This document shows, piece after piece, positions 27,942 through 43,115 of a stretch of 64,000 bases of DNA. The translations under genes were made by a program, and so were the position numbers. Source of the stretch: Salpingoeca rosetta (Eukaryota > Protista > Choanoflagellata). The stretch spans positions 830,719 to 894,718 of the forward strand of contig JAWQFM010000007.1 in the NCBI GenBank assembly GCA_033442325.1, written 5' to 3'. Numbering within the stretch: position 1 is the stretch's first letter; every line of letters begins with the position of its first letter. The notes under the pieces are model-generated. The model was not told the origin of the DNA, made no database searches, and saw nothing but the letters and a program-made list of their open reading frames with translations.

Positions 27942-28277
27942 CAACGAGCGAAGGAGGGAAGCAAGGGGGAGGGAGAAAGGTTGCGCCTTGTGGCTTGATG
28001 TTACATCAATAAGACTCTTGTTGTGTATTGAGAGACCGCTTTCACAAAGTATATTCAAACAAATGCAAGGACTCGCGTGGAAGTAACACGAAAGCATGTA
28101 ACATGCTGAGACGAACAACGCACGGGTCGACAAGCTAGCGAGGCGAAGAAATCGAATGCAACCAATATCGTGGACGTTGAGAGTTGTTGGTTGGGGAGGT
28201 CAAGAGCGAGAACATATCAACCACAACAACCAAAAGTCACACCACGCAACGCACACACGATGTGCCACGTGTCGGTA

Positions 28278-30733
<2,456 letters not shown>

Positions 30734-30786
30734 GAACGATCGGCGCGGTACAAGGGCGACTGCTGCAGCCACGTGCCGAGTCAGTG

Positions 30787-30857
<71 letters not shown>

Positions 30858-31220
30858 TGCAATGCTGCACTGTAAGGCCGCTACAGCGTGTTGTAGTGGT
30901 GCGCCTTGATGGATTGATGGATGGAGTTTGCCAGTCCAGCGGTTTTGCAGCTTGAGCGCAATCGATGCAAGCGGGAATGGTAGAATGGCGCGCGCGTGTG
31001 TGTGTGCGTGTGTGCGTGCGTGTGTTTGTGTCACATTTCACATTTCACACCACACAACACAGCAGCAGCAGCAGTGGCGTCCACGTTGCATGATTGGCTG
31101 TGTTGTTGTTGTTGTTTGTGCCATGCTGGCAGAGACGGCAAGGACTCGCAGTGCAGCGTTGGCACTTTTCTTCTGTTCTCTTGTTGCTTTGTTGCCAAAG
31201 GAAAAAAAAAGGTAAAGTAG

Positions 31221-31334
31221 TGCCGTCACCCAGGGTTTCTGTGCCTTCTGTGATGCGAAGGCCTGAACGACTGCTATCGAACTGGGGACCTTTAGATCTT
31301 CAGTCTAACGCGCTCCCAACTGCGCCATAACGGC
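31221..31334 (-). tRNA. tRNA-Phe(GAA) with a 41-nt T-loop intron (31235-31275; position 59/60)
   Basis: Exact reverse complement of 47162-47275, followed by an oligo-T terminator on the minus strand (A-run at about 31202-31210). Confidence 0.9.
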
Positions 31335-31691
31335 GAACTACGATTTGCTGAAGGCGGATGGTGGAATTTGCATATATCAAAAATTAGGCAACTTTTTTTT
31401 TGTGTGTTGAGAGAGTGCCCTCCACTCGCACTTTTCACTCCCCATTTCCCTCGCTAAGTCGCTTGCTCGTCGCCTGCTTTGCTGTTTGCAATGGGTCTTG
31501 TTGCTTCTGTTCCTCATACATCCAAAGGCCTATCGATTCTAATGAACTCAACTAACACAGCACTGTAACATAACAAAAGTGTCACTTAAACGCAAAGCAA
31601 GTGTCGCGCGTCCCTGCCCACAGGCACACAGACACACCCATCTACCCTTGGCTTTCCATCCTCCATTCCATCCGCGCGCTTGACAACAATG

Positions 31692-34648
31692 TCACCGCCT
31701 CTTATCGCTCTGCTGCTCTGTGAGTTGATGTTTCAACGACCGGATCACTTTGTCTGCCTTTGCCAGGCGCTGCGTCAACGTATCAATCCTTGTTATGTGT
31801 TCAGCAAATAGAAAGAGAAGGGGCGTTCAGAAACCACAGAATCATGTGAGCCAGCGAACACAAATAATTCACACACACACACACACACATTCCAAGCATT
31901 GTACCTTTTCCGGGTGTACGGGTGAGCAGAGATGGTGCCCTCCTGCAAGAAGAACCATCGAATCACACGTCATACACATTGCAGCAATCCGTGAGTGTGC
32001 GGCACACACACACACACATTCACGCACATACGCACACACACCCACAAACTCGCACACACACACACACATCGATACAACCACATGCTTACCTTGATTTGTG
32101 AGAGCTCTGCTTCAAGCGCTGCCTTGTCGGCAACCAAGCTGCTGACATCCTCAAGCGCCTTTTCCAAGTTGGCTTCCGCTTGCTCCTTCTCAGACTGAAG
32201 CGTCGCCACCAGCGAGGTCTGCTGTGCCAGTTGCTCTCGGAGCTGCGTGGATACCTTGGACGTCTCCACAATCTTCGTCTGCAGCCTGCCCTTGTCACTG
32301 GCAAGCTGCCTCAACTCGGCATCGCGTTGTTGCACAAGCAGCTGCGCATCTGCAATGCGCGCCTCCAGGCGTTCGGCCTGGGCAGCATGCGCCTGTTTGA
32401 GCTGTTGCAGCTCTTCACACGCCGCATCGCCGCGCTTCTTCTCTTCCACAAATTCGTCCGCCGCTGCCCTCTGTGCCTCTTCTTTCTCCCGCTCAAGCTC
32501 AGCTCTGATCGCATCCACTCGCGCCTTCATCTCATCCTTGGCAGCTGCAGCCGCCTGTTCAGCATCTTGTGCCTGCCGCTTGGCCTCTTGCAGTTGCAGC
32601 TGCTCCTGCTGCAGGGCCGCACGCACTCCCGCCACCTCCTTCTCTTTCTCCTCAAGCGCGTCTGCTGCCTTGGCGGCCGTGGCCTGAGCCTGCTCCAGCT
32701 GTGTGCGCGCGCGCCTCAGCTCTGCGCCAACACGTGTAACGCGAGTACTGTGCTGCTGCAGGCGGTCCATAACACGCGCACGTGCCGCCGCAATCAGCGA
32801 ACGCAGCGTCTCCGCGCACGCGCACGACGACTGAGATGCGCTGTCTTCAGCCATCTGTAACAACCGAGACAGGGCGTCACCATCGGACTTGTTCCCCAGA
32901 GCAGCTGATGCGGCTCGCGCCTCGTCCGCCTTCCGACGGCCAACGGGTCCGTTGCTGTGATCACCCCCATCCTCATCGCCGACAGCGCTGGCCTTCGTCT
33001 CATCACGTGCTTCACGGCTGCTGAAGTCGTTGTTGCTGTCGCTGCTGCCGTGGGTGTCGCTGCCCTGCTCCTCCCTGCTCTGTGGTGCCGTGTCGCCATC
33101 AGCATCGCCTGCATTCACTTCCTGAAGCAGTTCCTTGAGCTGCTGCACCGCAAGCGACAGCTCTTCCTTTGCCTGTGTCTCTGCGTCTTCCAGGCCCTGC
33201 GCCACAACTCTCACACGGGCAGCCTCCTCCTCTGCTGCCACCACTCGGCCTTGTTCTGTTTGCACCGCCGTCTCAAGAGCTGCAATGCGTTGCTTGTGAC
33301 CATCCACTGCCGCTTGCAGCTCGCGGTTTCTGTGCTCTGCAGCCGACAGCGCTGCCTGAAGGTCTTGGTGTTGTGTGCTGCTGGCTGCCGCCTGTGTCTC
33401 ACGCTCCTGTTCCAGCGCCTCCAACTTCGCCTGCAGCTGTGCACACTCTTCCTGCCACTCCTGCTTGGCACTGGCAGCGGCAGCATCTGCCTCGCGCTGT
33501 GCATGTGCAATCTTTGCGTCACAGTCTCTTTGGACAGCTGCAAGGGATGCCTTGTGCTCCTGGCGAGCGCGCGCAAGTGCCTCCTCCACAGCTGCAGCAG
33601 CGGCCGACGACTGCTCCTCAGCAACGCAGCGCTGGGCCTCAGAGCGCGCCTGCCGCAGCTGCTGTTGCAGCGCCGCCTTGTCGTTTTCGGCCTGCGCGCA
33701 CGCGTCCCGCATGCTGGCCAGGTGCGACTTGAGCGCCGCAACCTCTGCAGACAGCTCATCGCGCTGTTGCTCACATGCGAGCAGCTGCTCCCGTGCGCCC
33801 TGCAGCTCCTCGCGAAGGCGCTCGTCTGCTCGCGCGTCGATCGTGGGCAGCGTTATTGTCGGCACTGGCGACCCAATGGTCGTCGTTGCCGCACCGTCGT
33901 TCACATTGTTGGTGTCATCGTCGGGATTGTGATCGAACACAGAGGTGGTGCTGGCGTGGTTGGCCATGCTGCCGTCCAGTGTGATGTTGTGTCGCTGCGT
34001 GGATTCTGCCGCCGTGTGCAAATCAGACAGCAGTTGCTGGTTCTCTGTTTCAAGTTGTCTGTAAGCTGCCTCCTTCTCCTGCAGCTGATTCTGCAACGCC
34101 TTGACCTGGGCGGTGAGCTCTGCTTCCTGCTGCGCGGCCCTGTCTTCAAGCTCTTGCACCCTCTGCTGCTCCTCCTCTTGCTGCTGTCGCTGCTGCTGCT
34201 GCTGTTGCTGCAGTTCGTGCTGAAGACGGCGCACCTCTGCATTCAGGCCATTCACTTCTGCTCGCCAGTGTTCTTCTTGGGACCGCATCTGCTCCTCTAA
34301 TGTCGCGTGCGCCGCACATGCAGCCGACAGCTCGTTGCTCAGGGCGCGCACGTCCTCGGCGGACGTGGGTGTGTGTTGGGTGTCGGCGGTATCCATAGTC
34401 TGCACTTGGGCGCCCGCCTGAGCTTTGTCGCGCAAGCGCTGGTTCTCTGCTCGCAGCTGTGCCAGCTCTGCAGCTACGTCGCCCTGCTGGCCCAACGCAG
34501 CCAGCGCTTGCTGTAAGCCCGCGTTCGTCGCCTGGGTCCAAACACGCGAATGAACACATGCATGTACAAGTGCGTGTGTGTGTGTGTGTGAAATGGGGAG
34601 CGTGTGTCAATCGTATTGCGCATCTGCGTATCCCGAACCAGAGAACCC

Positions 34649-34734
<86 letters not shown>

Positions 34735-37700
34735 CACAGACCACAAGGACGTGCAGTTCGGTAGTAGCCGGTCAGCACACAATCGCACCTCCAACTGGGC
34801 GATGCGCTGCTGTTGCTGTTCCAATTCCGCTGTATGACTGCTTGTGCGGAAAGAGCTGGCGTGCTCCTCTCGGGTTGCACCTTCGCCATGCACTCCATCT
34901 GACAGCTGCCCTTCCAACGCACGGATGCGGTCCTGCTGCTGCTTGCGCTCGTTTCGCAATCTCTCCAGCTCGTCCTCAAGCTCCTGCCAACGCAGATGAA
35001 TCAGCAAAGCATGAGGGGTCTGCATGCGTCTGGCTAGTTGACTCATGTCAAGGATGGCGAGAAAACAACAAGCAACCACAATGCTGTTCCCTAAGTCCCA
35101 ACACATACACACACAGCGAGGCGAGCAACAGCCACGACACCTGTTGTCGAGCCTCTCCAGCGCGGGCTTTGTCAGCGAGTTGCTGCTGCGCATCCTGCAG
35201 CTGCTGCTCCAACTGTCGACACATGTCTTGTTGTGCATGCAAGGCGCGAGTGCTTCGCTCGCTTCCCTCCTCCTGTGACCGCAACGCTTGCAGCTGCTCC
35301 GAGTACTGGTACGTGAGCTGTGTCTGTGCATCGAGCTTTCGTCGCGCATCGCTCAAATGCCGTTTCAAATCCTCAATCTCCGCCTGCAGTGTGTGCATGT
35401 GTGTGTGCATGTGTGTGTGCGTGTGTGTGCATGTGTGTGCATGTGAGGGATCATGGAAGCCACGTTGTTGAGAATATGCTGTGCAATGACAATTGGGGAG
35501 GGGGAGTAAAGACGCAGCACATACACGGGCACGCAAGGCAGCGAAGCTACCTTGAGGACATCCTGGGCGTCCAGAAGCTGTTGGCGTTCGTGGTCACTTG
35601 CTGCTTCCACAGATTGCAGCTGATGCTGGATCTGGAACGGCGTTGTGGCAATGCAGTGAATCAAAACAGACGTGAATTTGCCCACAGCAGCAAACACACA
35701 TCGTGGAACAGTTTGTTGTCGTCATGTCCTTGCCCCCAACACACTACTGTGAGCTCCTCACACACACTCGCACGCTCAGGCCGCAGCGACTGCTTCAATG
35801 AAGCAAGAGCACATCATGGCGACACAGCATGAGTATGCACACACCTTGTCCAGCTGCCTTGTTGCTGTGCGTGCCTTTGTGTGCGCCTCCCGTTTAGCTG
35901 TGACTTCTTCGTCCAACTGTGCCTGCAAATCCTTCAACTCGTCCTCTGCACGACGAAGCTGAACAATCCACCACGCAATGACCGTTGTATGTCGACACGC
36001 ACGCACACACACGCACACGCACACAGGACATAGTCGTGGGTGTATGAGAAGCATGCGGCTGAGGAAACAACGGCATTGTATCGGTGTTGTGCGCTGTGAC
36101 AAACGAGGTCAATGAATGACACATTCGCACGCACACACACACACACACACACACAAACTACACAGCACAACAAGCACCAAGGCTCAGACCTGTGCGCGCA
36201 GTTGGTCGGATTGGGCGTGTGCCTGCTTGTGCTGCGTTTCCTGGCGTCCAACAAACTCCTCAACACCACGCTTGAGCGAGGGGAAGGCGGCGTTGACGGC
36301 GCTGGAGCACGAGGTCACGCGCGAAACCACGTCCTGAATCAGATCAAGAAGCGTGTCCTCAGACGCATTCTGCGCTGCTGTTTGTCGGGCAGTGGATGCG
36401 TGCAACTGCTGTGTCACATCAACGTGGTCGAGAGCAGATAGGGTGTGCAGCAGCTGCTTCGGGAGTGTCAGGCTCAGTTGCTCATGCAGACCCTGTGTAG
36501 TTGGAAAGCGGACGCAGTTGTGGCTTGTCGTGTCAGCTATGCACTTGGCGGTGAAGAACCACATGCGAGCAATAACAACACCCGAAGACACAACGCCACA
36601 GTTCCAACAACAACACACTCGAACATTCGCACACGCAAATACACACACACACGCACACACACATACGCACAGACAGACGCACACACACACACACACTCCC
36701 GCGCGCACACATGCTTGCATGCAGGCACACCTTAAGTTCGTGGACGGTTTTGGCGACCTTGAACTCAAGCACGTCGCCTTTGCTTGCCAGTGTGCGCAGT
36801 TGGTCCAAGCGCTTGTTTGGATTCGATCCCCCATCATCGCGGCAATTCCGATGCTGCTTCGCACCGCCACCACCAGCACCAGCACCGCCACGAGCGTCGT
36901 CATTGTCATCCAGCGCAATGTTGAACGCAATTCCGCGTGTTGGCGCGCGTTCCTGCCGCGGGGTGTTGTCAATTGGTGCCTCATGGTCTACACCACTGCC
37001 ACGTCGGCCAACGCGTGCACTGCTGCGCCGCCGAAACCCGGACTGTGGCCTGTGCCCTGCTGGCGGCTGTGGGCGGTGCGCTGCTGCTCCGGCAGCCACG
37101 GGGGATGGTGGGCGCGGTTGTCGGCGCCGTGGTGGCGTGCCGTTTCCTTCGAGGTAGCGCTCGTCTCGATGGCGATGGCGCTCATCGCTGCTGTCGATGT
37201 CACTGTGCTCCGTATCTGACACGTCCCGCACACGCGACCGCCGCTGGTGCCGCCGACGACGCCGTTGGCGGTCGTGGTCGTCGTCGTAAGCGTCATAAGC
37301 GTCGTGGCCGGGGTTATTGTGGTCGCGGTGTGCATCCACACCGCCGTTGCTCCCGCGTGATGATCGCCGGGACTGCGGTCGGCGTGCGCGTGTGTGATCG
37401 TGTGCAATCGGTGGCGGAGACATCCAGCCATCGTCGACACGACGTTCGTCCCCGCTGTCTGCGCGGTGGCGGCGGTGGCGGTGGCGGTGGTGGTGGCGGT
37501 GGCTGGATGACGGTGGGTGCACACGTCTGCCATCGCTCGCATTGGCCGGGGCGCCCGGTGACGGCGACCGTGACAGCGGGGATGCTCGTCCTCGGGCATC
37601 ATCATGGTGTTCACGCGCCCGTGCTGCCCCATGGCGATGCCGTGTGTCGCGTGGGTCGTGCAGCTGGTCCATGCCATGTTGTGGGCCGCCCGTGACGGGA

Positions 37701-37830
37701 AGAGCAGCAACGGCGGCCTCGCTTGGTTTGAACAGGTCCACACGCGCGCGCGGTGCACGCGTTGGTGGGGATGGCTGGTCGTTTGCTGTTGCAGCGTCAT
37801 ACTCGCTCTGAAGGTTTACGGACAGGAGAA

Positions 37831-37900
<70 letters not shown>

Positions 37901-38221
37901 GTTGATTGTGAGCATCGAATGCGCACGTGTATGTGTGTGTGTGTATGTGTGTGTGTGTGTGTGTGTGGTGGAAGGTGAATGCATACACGTGAGCACAGTA
38001 AGCGGCTCACCCGCAGCTGGCGCACGTCTGGTCTGCGCAGGGCGTCACGGTTTCGATTTCGGTTTCGGTTTGCGTTTGCATTTCGAAATTCAAGACTGTC
38101 TTGCAGGTTGGCAATGCTCTGCTCCAACCACGATGATGAGCGTGGATCAACAACATACTGCATCTCCAGCGTTTCGTTGCCCCTGTCACAAACATGGCCA
38201 AACGGCACGTCAGGCATATAT

Positions 38222-38265
<44 letters not shown>

Positions 38266-39102
38266 ACACTGACATCATCCGCAGTTACGCTGCACCAACC
38301 CTCTTCTCCTAGCGACTAGCCTGACTGCTACCTCTCTGCCTCCCGACAGCATCGTCGTGCACACTGACCTGCCGTGCTTGGCTGGGCTCTGGATGGTTTG
38401 CCGGATGGAGACAACAGCTGAGCGCTGCTCATGCGACGGCGAACGGTGGCGGCGGCGGTGGCTAGTTGATCGCGCTGGCCGCTGTAATTGGGTGTGGACA
38501 GAGACGTGGTGGGGTCATGTGAGAAGCAGGCTGGAAGGATGGATGGAAGGATGGATGGAAGGATGGGTGGGTGGCTGGGTGGGTGGATGAAAGGAAGGAT
38601 GGGTGGGTGGATAGAAGGAAGGGAGTAACCGTGTCTCGTTGAGAGAGGGAATGGGCGGCAGTGTGCATTGTATGCCCAAACTGTGATCTGCCCACGCAAA
38701 CTAACCTTGAGGTGGCTTGCTTCGACATAGGAGCGAGTGCGCTTGTCATACACGAGGTCTTCTTTGTCATGGAGCATTTCAACCCGATGTGTCTGGGGGT
38801 GGGGGATGGGAGAGGACAACTGGTGATGGGACAGCACATGAAGAAACATCGAGGCTGCTTGCAGCACGGAGCGAGACGCGATGTCACCAGTACTGGTACT
38901 CGAAGAGCATGTGTGCACTGCGCAGACGGCTCACCTTTGGGTCGGTGCCGAAGCGAATCACGTCTTTGTCGCGCAGCTCAACTGGTGCTCGCACCTTGAC
39001 GTCGTTCACAAAGGTGCCTTTTTGGAAGTGTGAAATACAGAGATGGCAGGGGAAGAGAGGACAATGAGACCAGCGCAGGCGTGTGCATGGTCAGGACGGG
39101 AG

Positions 39103-39178
<76 letters not shown>

Positions 39179-40157
39179 GTGTGTGTGTGCTGTGCGGTGT
39201 GTGCGCGTGCATTTGTGAACGCATCTCCACGCCTGTGTGTGTGTGTGTTGTGTGTGCTGTGCTGCGCGAGTGTACTCTGAGTGTGTGTGTGTGCTGTGCG
39301 GTGTGTGCGCGTGCGCCTGTGTACGTGTGTGTGCGCACGTGCGTGTGCCTGTGTGTGCATTTGTAAACGCGTCTCCACGCCTGTGTGCGTGTGTGTGTTG
39401 TTTGTTTCTGTGTGCCTGTATTTATGCACACACACATCTGCACAAGCCATGTCTCTGCTTCTCTCACTGAGCGAGCGCGCATCTGTGCAGAGAGTTACAG
39501 GCCCCACCAAGAACAACACGAACTCACCGACGCGTGACTTGAGGTCTTTGACGAGGAAGGACCGCTTGTTGGTGTCAAAGTAGATGACAGCATGCCTTGG
39601 ATCGCATGTTCTGGATCCCAGCCACACATCGCAACCCTCACTGTCTGTTCCAACCATCGTCTCCGCCTTGCACAGCTCATGCAGCCCTGCAATACAGCAA
39701 AGTGTGCGCGTCAGTGATCGAATGTACACGCATACACAGACAGAGAGACACACAGGCAGGAAGGCACAGGCAGACAGGCAGGCAGACAGACAGACAGACA
39801 CACAGACAGACAGGCAGGCAGGCAGGCAGACAGACAGAGAGACAGAGAGACAGAGAGACAGAGAGACAGAGAGACAGACAGACAGACAGACAGACAAACA
39901 CACAGACAGTCAGACACATACACACACAAACATGTGTGCACCGCAGCAAGCTCGCCGCAGCAAAGAAACATCATGACGTTCTCCCACAGTAACGCACCAG
40001 CAACAGTTCGCAGTTGCACGCGAGGCAAGGTTGGAGGAAGTGTCTTGGCATGTTCCAGCTTGGACGATGGTGGTGTTTGCTGTGCTGCAGCTTGCTTGCG
40101 CTTCTCACGCCCACCGCCGCGGTCTCGTGGATCATCCTGAACGTGGTCACCCATCAC
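31692..40157 (-). CDS. FHA-domain plus long coiled-coil protein, FHAD1-like
   Basis: N-terminal FHA domain over exons: [18 protein letters not shown]...[26 protein letters not shown]|[28 protein letters not shown]. Low-complexity exons follow, then an approximately 800-aa coiled-coil exon (about 32090-34510) and a last exon [31 protein letters not shown]. That it is a single gene is inferred. Confidence 0.7.
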
Positions 40158-40479
40158 CCATTACGTGACAATTATCTGCTGTTGTGTCTGAAGTCTTGGT
40201 GGAGACACGGCAGATGTGGATCGTGTGTGACAGAGGTGTTTGTGTTTGTTTGCTTTGGTTGTTGTGCAGCAGCGGACACACAACAGCAGCAGCGCAGCGA
40301 AATTTTCGGCTGGCGCAAACACCACAAACAGTAGTGGCGCACTCGTGCAGCCAGCAGCGACGTTGCGGAGCACCTGCTGCTTGCTTTGGGTTGTTGTGAG
40401 ACTGCGTCTCTCTTCCTCCCCCCTCCCACCACTCTCCCTCCCTCTCGAACACACACACGCGCACACAGAGTAGAGTAGG

Positions 40480-40897
40480 ATGGACGACGACGATGACATT
40501 GGATGGGAGGACCTGCACAAGCCGACATACTTTGTGTATGGCGGGTTGTTCGTGCTTTCGTACGAGACCCTGTTCTACCCTTTGGACTTTCTCAAGACGC
40601 GGCAGCAGTATGAACGCACGCCCACGACCATCGCCAGCATCGCCTCGGGGGTGTATCGACGCGAGGGCGTGCGCGGGCTCTTCCGCGGATTCGGCGCTAC
40701 CCTCGCTGGCAACTTTCCCGGGCAAGTAGTGTACTTTGGGGCATATGAGATGGCCAAGCACGCCTCGTTTACCTTGGCGCGGAAATGGAACGACAACTCC
40801 GACAGCAGCACCAGCACCAGCAGCACCAGCAGCACCAGCCCTGCTCGGCCCGCGACGACACCCACAGCGCCATCCGCCGACACAGCCAGCGCTATTC

Positions 40898-40931
<34 letters not shown>

Positions 40932-41945
40932 CGGTGGCAGCAGTGCTCGTGATGGTGGTGGCATCCCATCGGCGGCAGCATCGGCGGCAGCACAGGGCCA
41001 TGGGCCAAGACGGCCTGCAGCCGCATCCTTGCCTGCAAACCCTGATGGTGGACTTGCACTGCCTCAAATGTCGTCAGCAGACAGCACAGTGCACATTACC
41101 AGCACGCAACGGTTCATCGGGAACCTCTTTGCTGGGTTTGTTGCCGACCTTGTGTGCCTGCTCGTGTACACGCCTGCGGATATTGTTGCACAGCGTCACA
41201 TGGTGGCCACAGCAGCCGCCATCCTTCCCTCTCACTCAACAACATCACCATCACCAGCAGCGACAGCAGCAACACCACGAAGATCAGCAACAGCGTTGTC
41301 ACCAACAGCACCGACAACAACCCCGTTGCAACCCACATCGTCGACATCAGCAGCGGCTTCCACCCTAACGAGACCAGCACCAATCGCGCCGTCTTTGCAT
41401 GCACAACAACAACAGCAACAACAACAGCGCCATCAAAGGCAGCACCAGCAAGGGCAGCACCGTCTTTGCGGTTCAACAGTCTCGGCGAGAGGCGAGCGGG
41501 CGCACGTGCCTGATCTCCCAACCACGCGACAACTTGTGCGTTCTATCGTCAAGCAGGAAGGGTTTCGAGGTATGTTAACATGCACATGTGTGTGTACATG
41601 CATCCTTCCTTGTGTGCTGCACTCCTCTGCGACCGTATGCACCCTTGCGTGCTCATTTGAGCTTGTGACTCCTTGATACCAGGGTTCTATCGCGGGTACT
41701 GGGCGTCCGTTGCCACGTTCGCGCCATCCTCTGCCATCTGGTTTGCGGTGTATGAGCTGTGCAAGTTCAAGCTGGCGCACATGTGGCCGACAGCTGCGCC
41801 CAACGCGGCGACGCTGAACCACTTGGCCAGCGGGGCTGTCGCTGGGTTTGCTGCCACCGTCATCATGAACCCATTTGATGTTGCCAAGACGCGACTGCAA
41901 ACACTCGATGCAGGCATCAAGGAAGAGGCTGCCCTCATCAGGTAC

Positions 41946-41992
<47 letters not shown>

Positions 41993-42406
41993 TGTGTGTA
42001 TGTTGGGTGGCGGGGTTTGTGTGTGTGTCTATGTGTCTGTGTGTCTGTCTGTGTTCATGTGTGCATGTCTGTGTGTGGTGTGTGCGTGCGTGCCTGTACG
42101 TGTACGCACGCATTCACTCATAGCCACGCGCATCGTGTGTTTCGGAACATTGATCGACTGATGTGAGCGCGTGAAGCTCACCCTGCCCTCACCTTGCATC
42201 CACATGTGTGTGTGTGTGTGTGCGTGTGTGTGCACAGGCGCGGGTTTGTGTCATTGCTGCTGTGGACGATTCGGAGCGAGGGCGTTGCCGCCGTCATGAA
42301 AGGCCTGGGCCCGCGCCTCTGGTTCTCCGTTCCGGGATCAGCCATCACCTTCGCAGGTTACGAGTGGGCCAAGAGCCTGGCCAACGTCTCCAAGGACAAG
42401 GAATGA
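40480..42406 (+). CDS. SLC25A44: Mitochondrial carrier family protein, SLC25A44-like
   Basis: Three carrier signature motifs ([33 protein letters not shown]) and EGVRGLFRG / EGFRGFYRG / [13 protein letters not shown]. The N-terminal [15 protein letters not shown] is typical of SLC25A44. Exons about 40480-41569, 41683-41941, 42238-42406. Confidence 0.85.
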
Positions 42407-43115
42407 GGGGGGGGGGGTAGGTGGGCTGTTGTAGGCAGGCACCAACATCCCCAGTACACATTGTGTTGTACACAGGAGGGCATGTGATACGCCATGTATA
42501 TTGCTCGTGCCACTGCTCACGGATGACCCACGCAGTGCATGTGTGGCTCTGCTTGCTTAGACTACGTTGTGTGATGATTCAGATGCCTTACTTACTGATT
42601 CGACTCGTGTTATTATTGACCCATAAACGATTTGCTGGCCACTTTCAGCGAGCAGTGTGTGTGTGTGTGTGTGTATGTGTGTGTGTGTATGTGTGTGTGT
42701 GTGTGTGTGTGAAAGGGGGGAGGGTGTGAGGGTCACACAGTTTGATAACTCTAAAACTTGTTGACCATGAGCGAGTGACGTGTGATGTGACACGACATTG
42801 TAACTTCCTAAGTACCTCATTGGCATTCGATCATGTATTGCTCATTCATAAAACAAAAAGCACAGAAAGCAGCATGGCGCAACCGGTACGAAGAAAAGCA
42901 AGTGCTGGAATGTGTCACATCACGTCATATCACTTTCATTTCGTGGTTGTCTTCTTGGTTCATCTCTGTGCGCACCCAGCAGCAGCACGGCGCTACACTG
43001 CGCGCCCCAGCGAGTATGCCATCACCGCTGCCATCATCATCATCACCATCGTCATTATTCACAGCCCATTCCCAGCTTCTCATTATCGCTCCATAAAACC
43101 ATGCACCTCCATCCA

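Noticed and set aside
32957-34300. Long plus-strand ORF (and 40147-41067 on the minus strand)
   Set aside because: Antisense shadows of GC-rich coding exons on the opposite strand.
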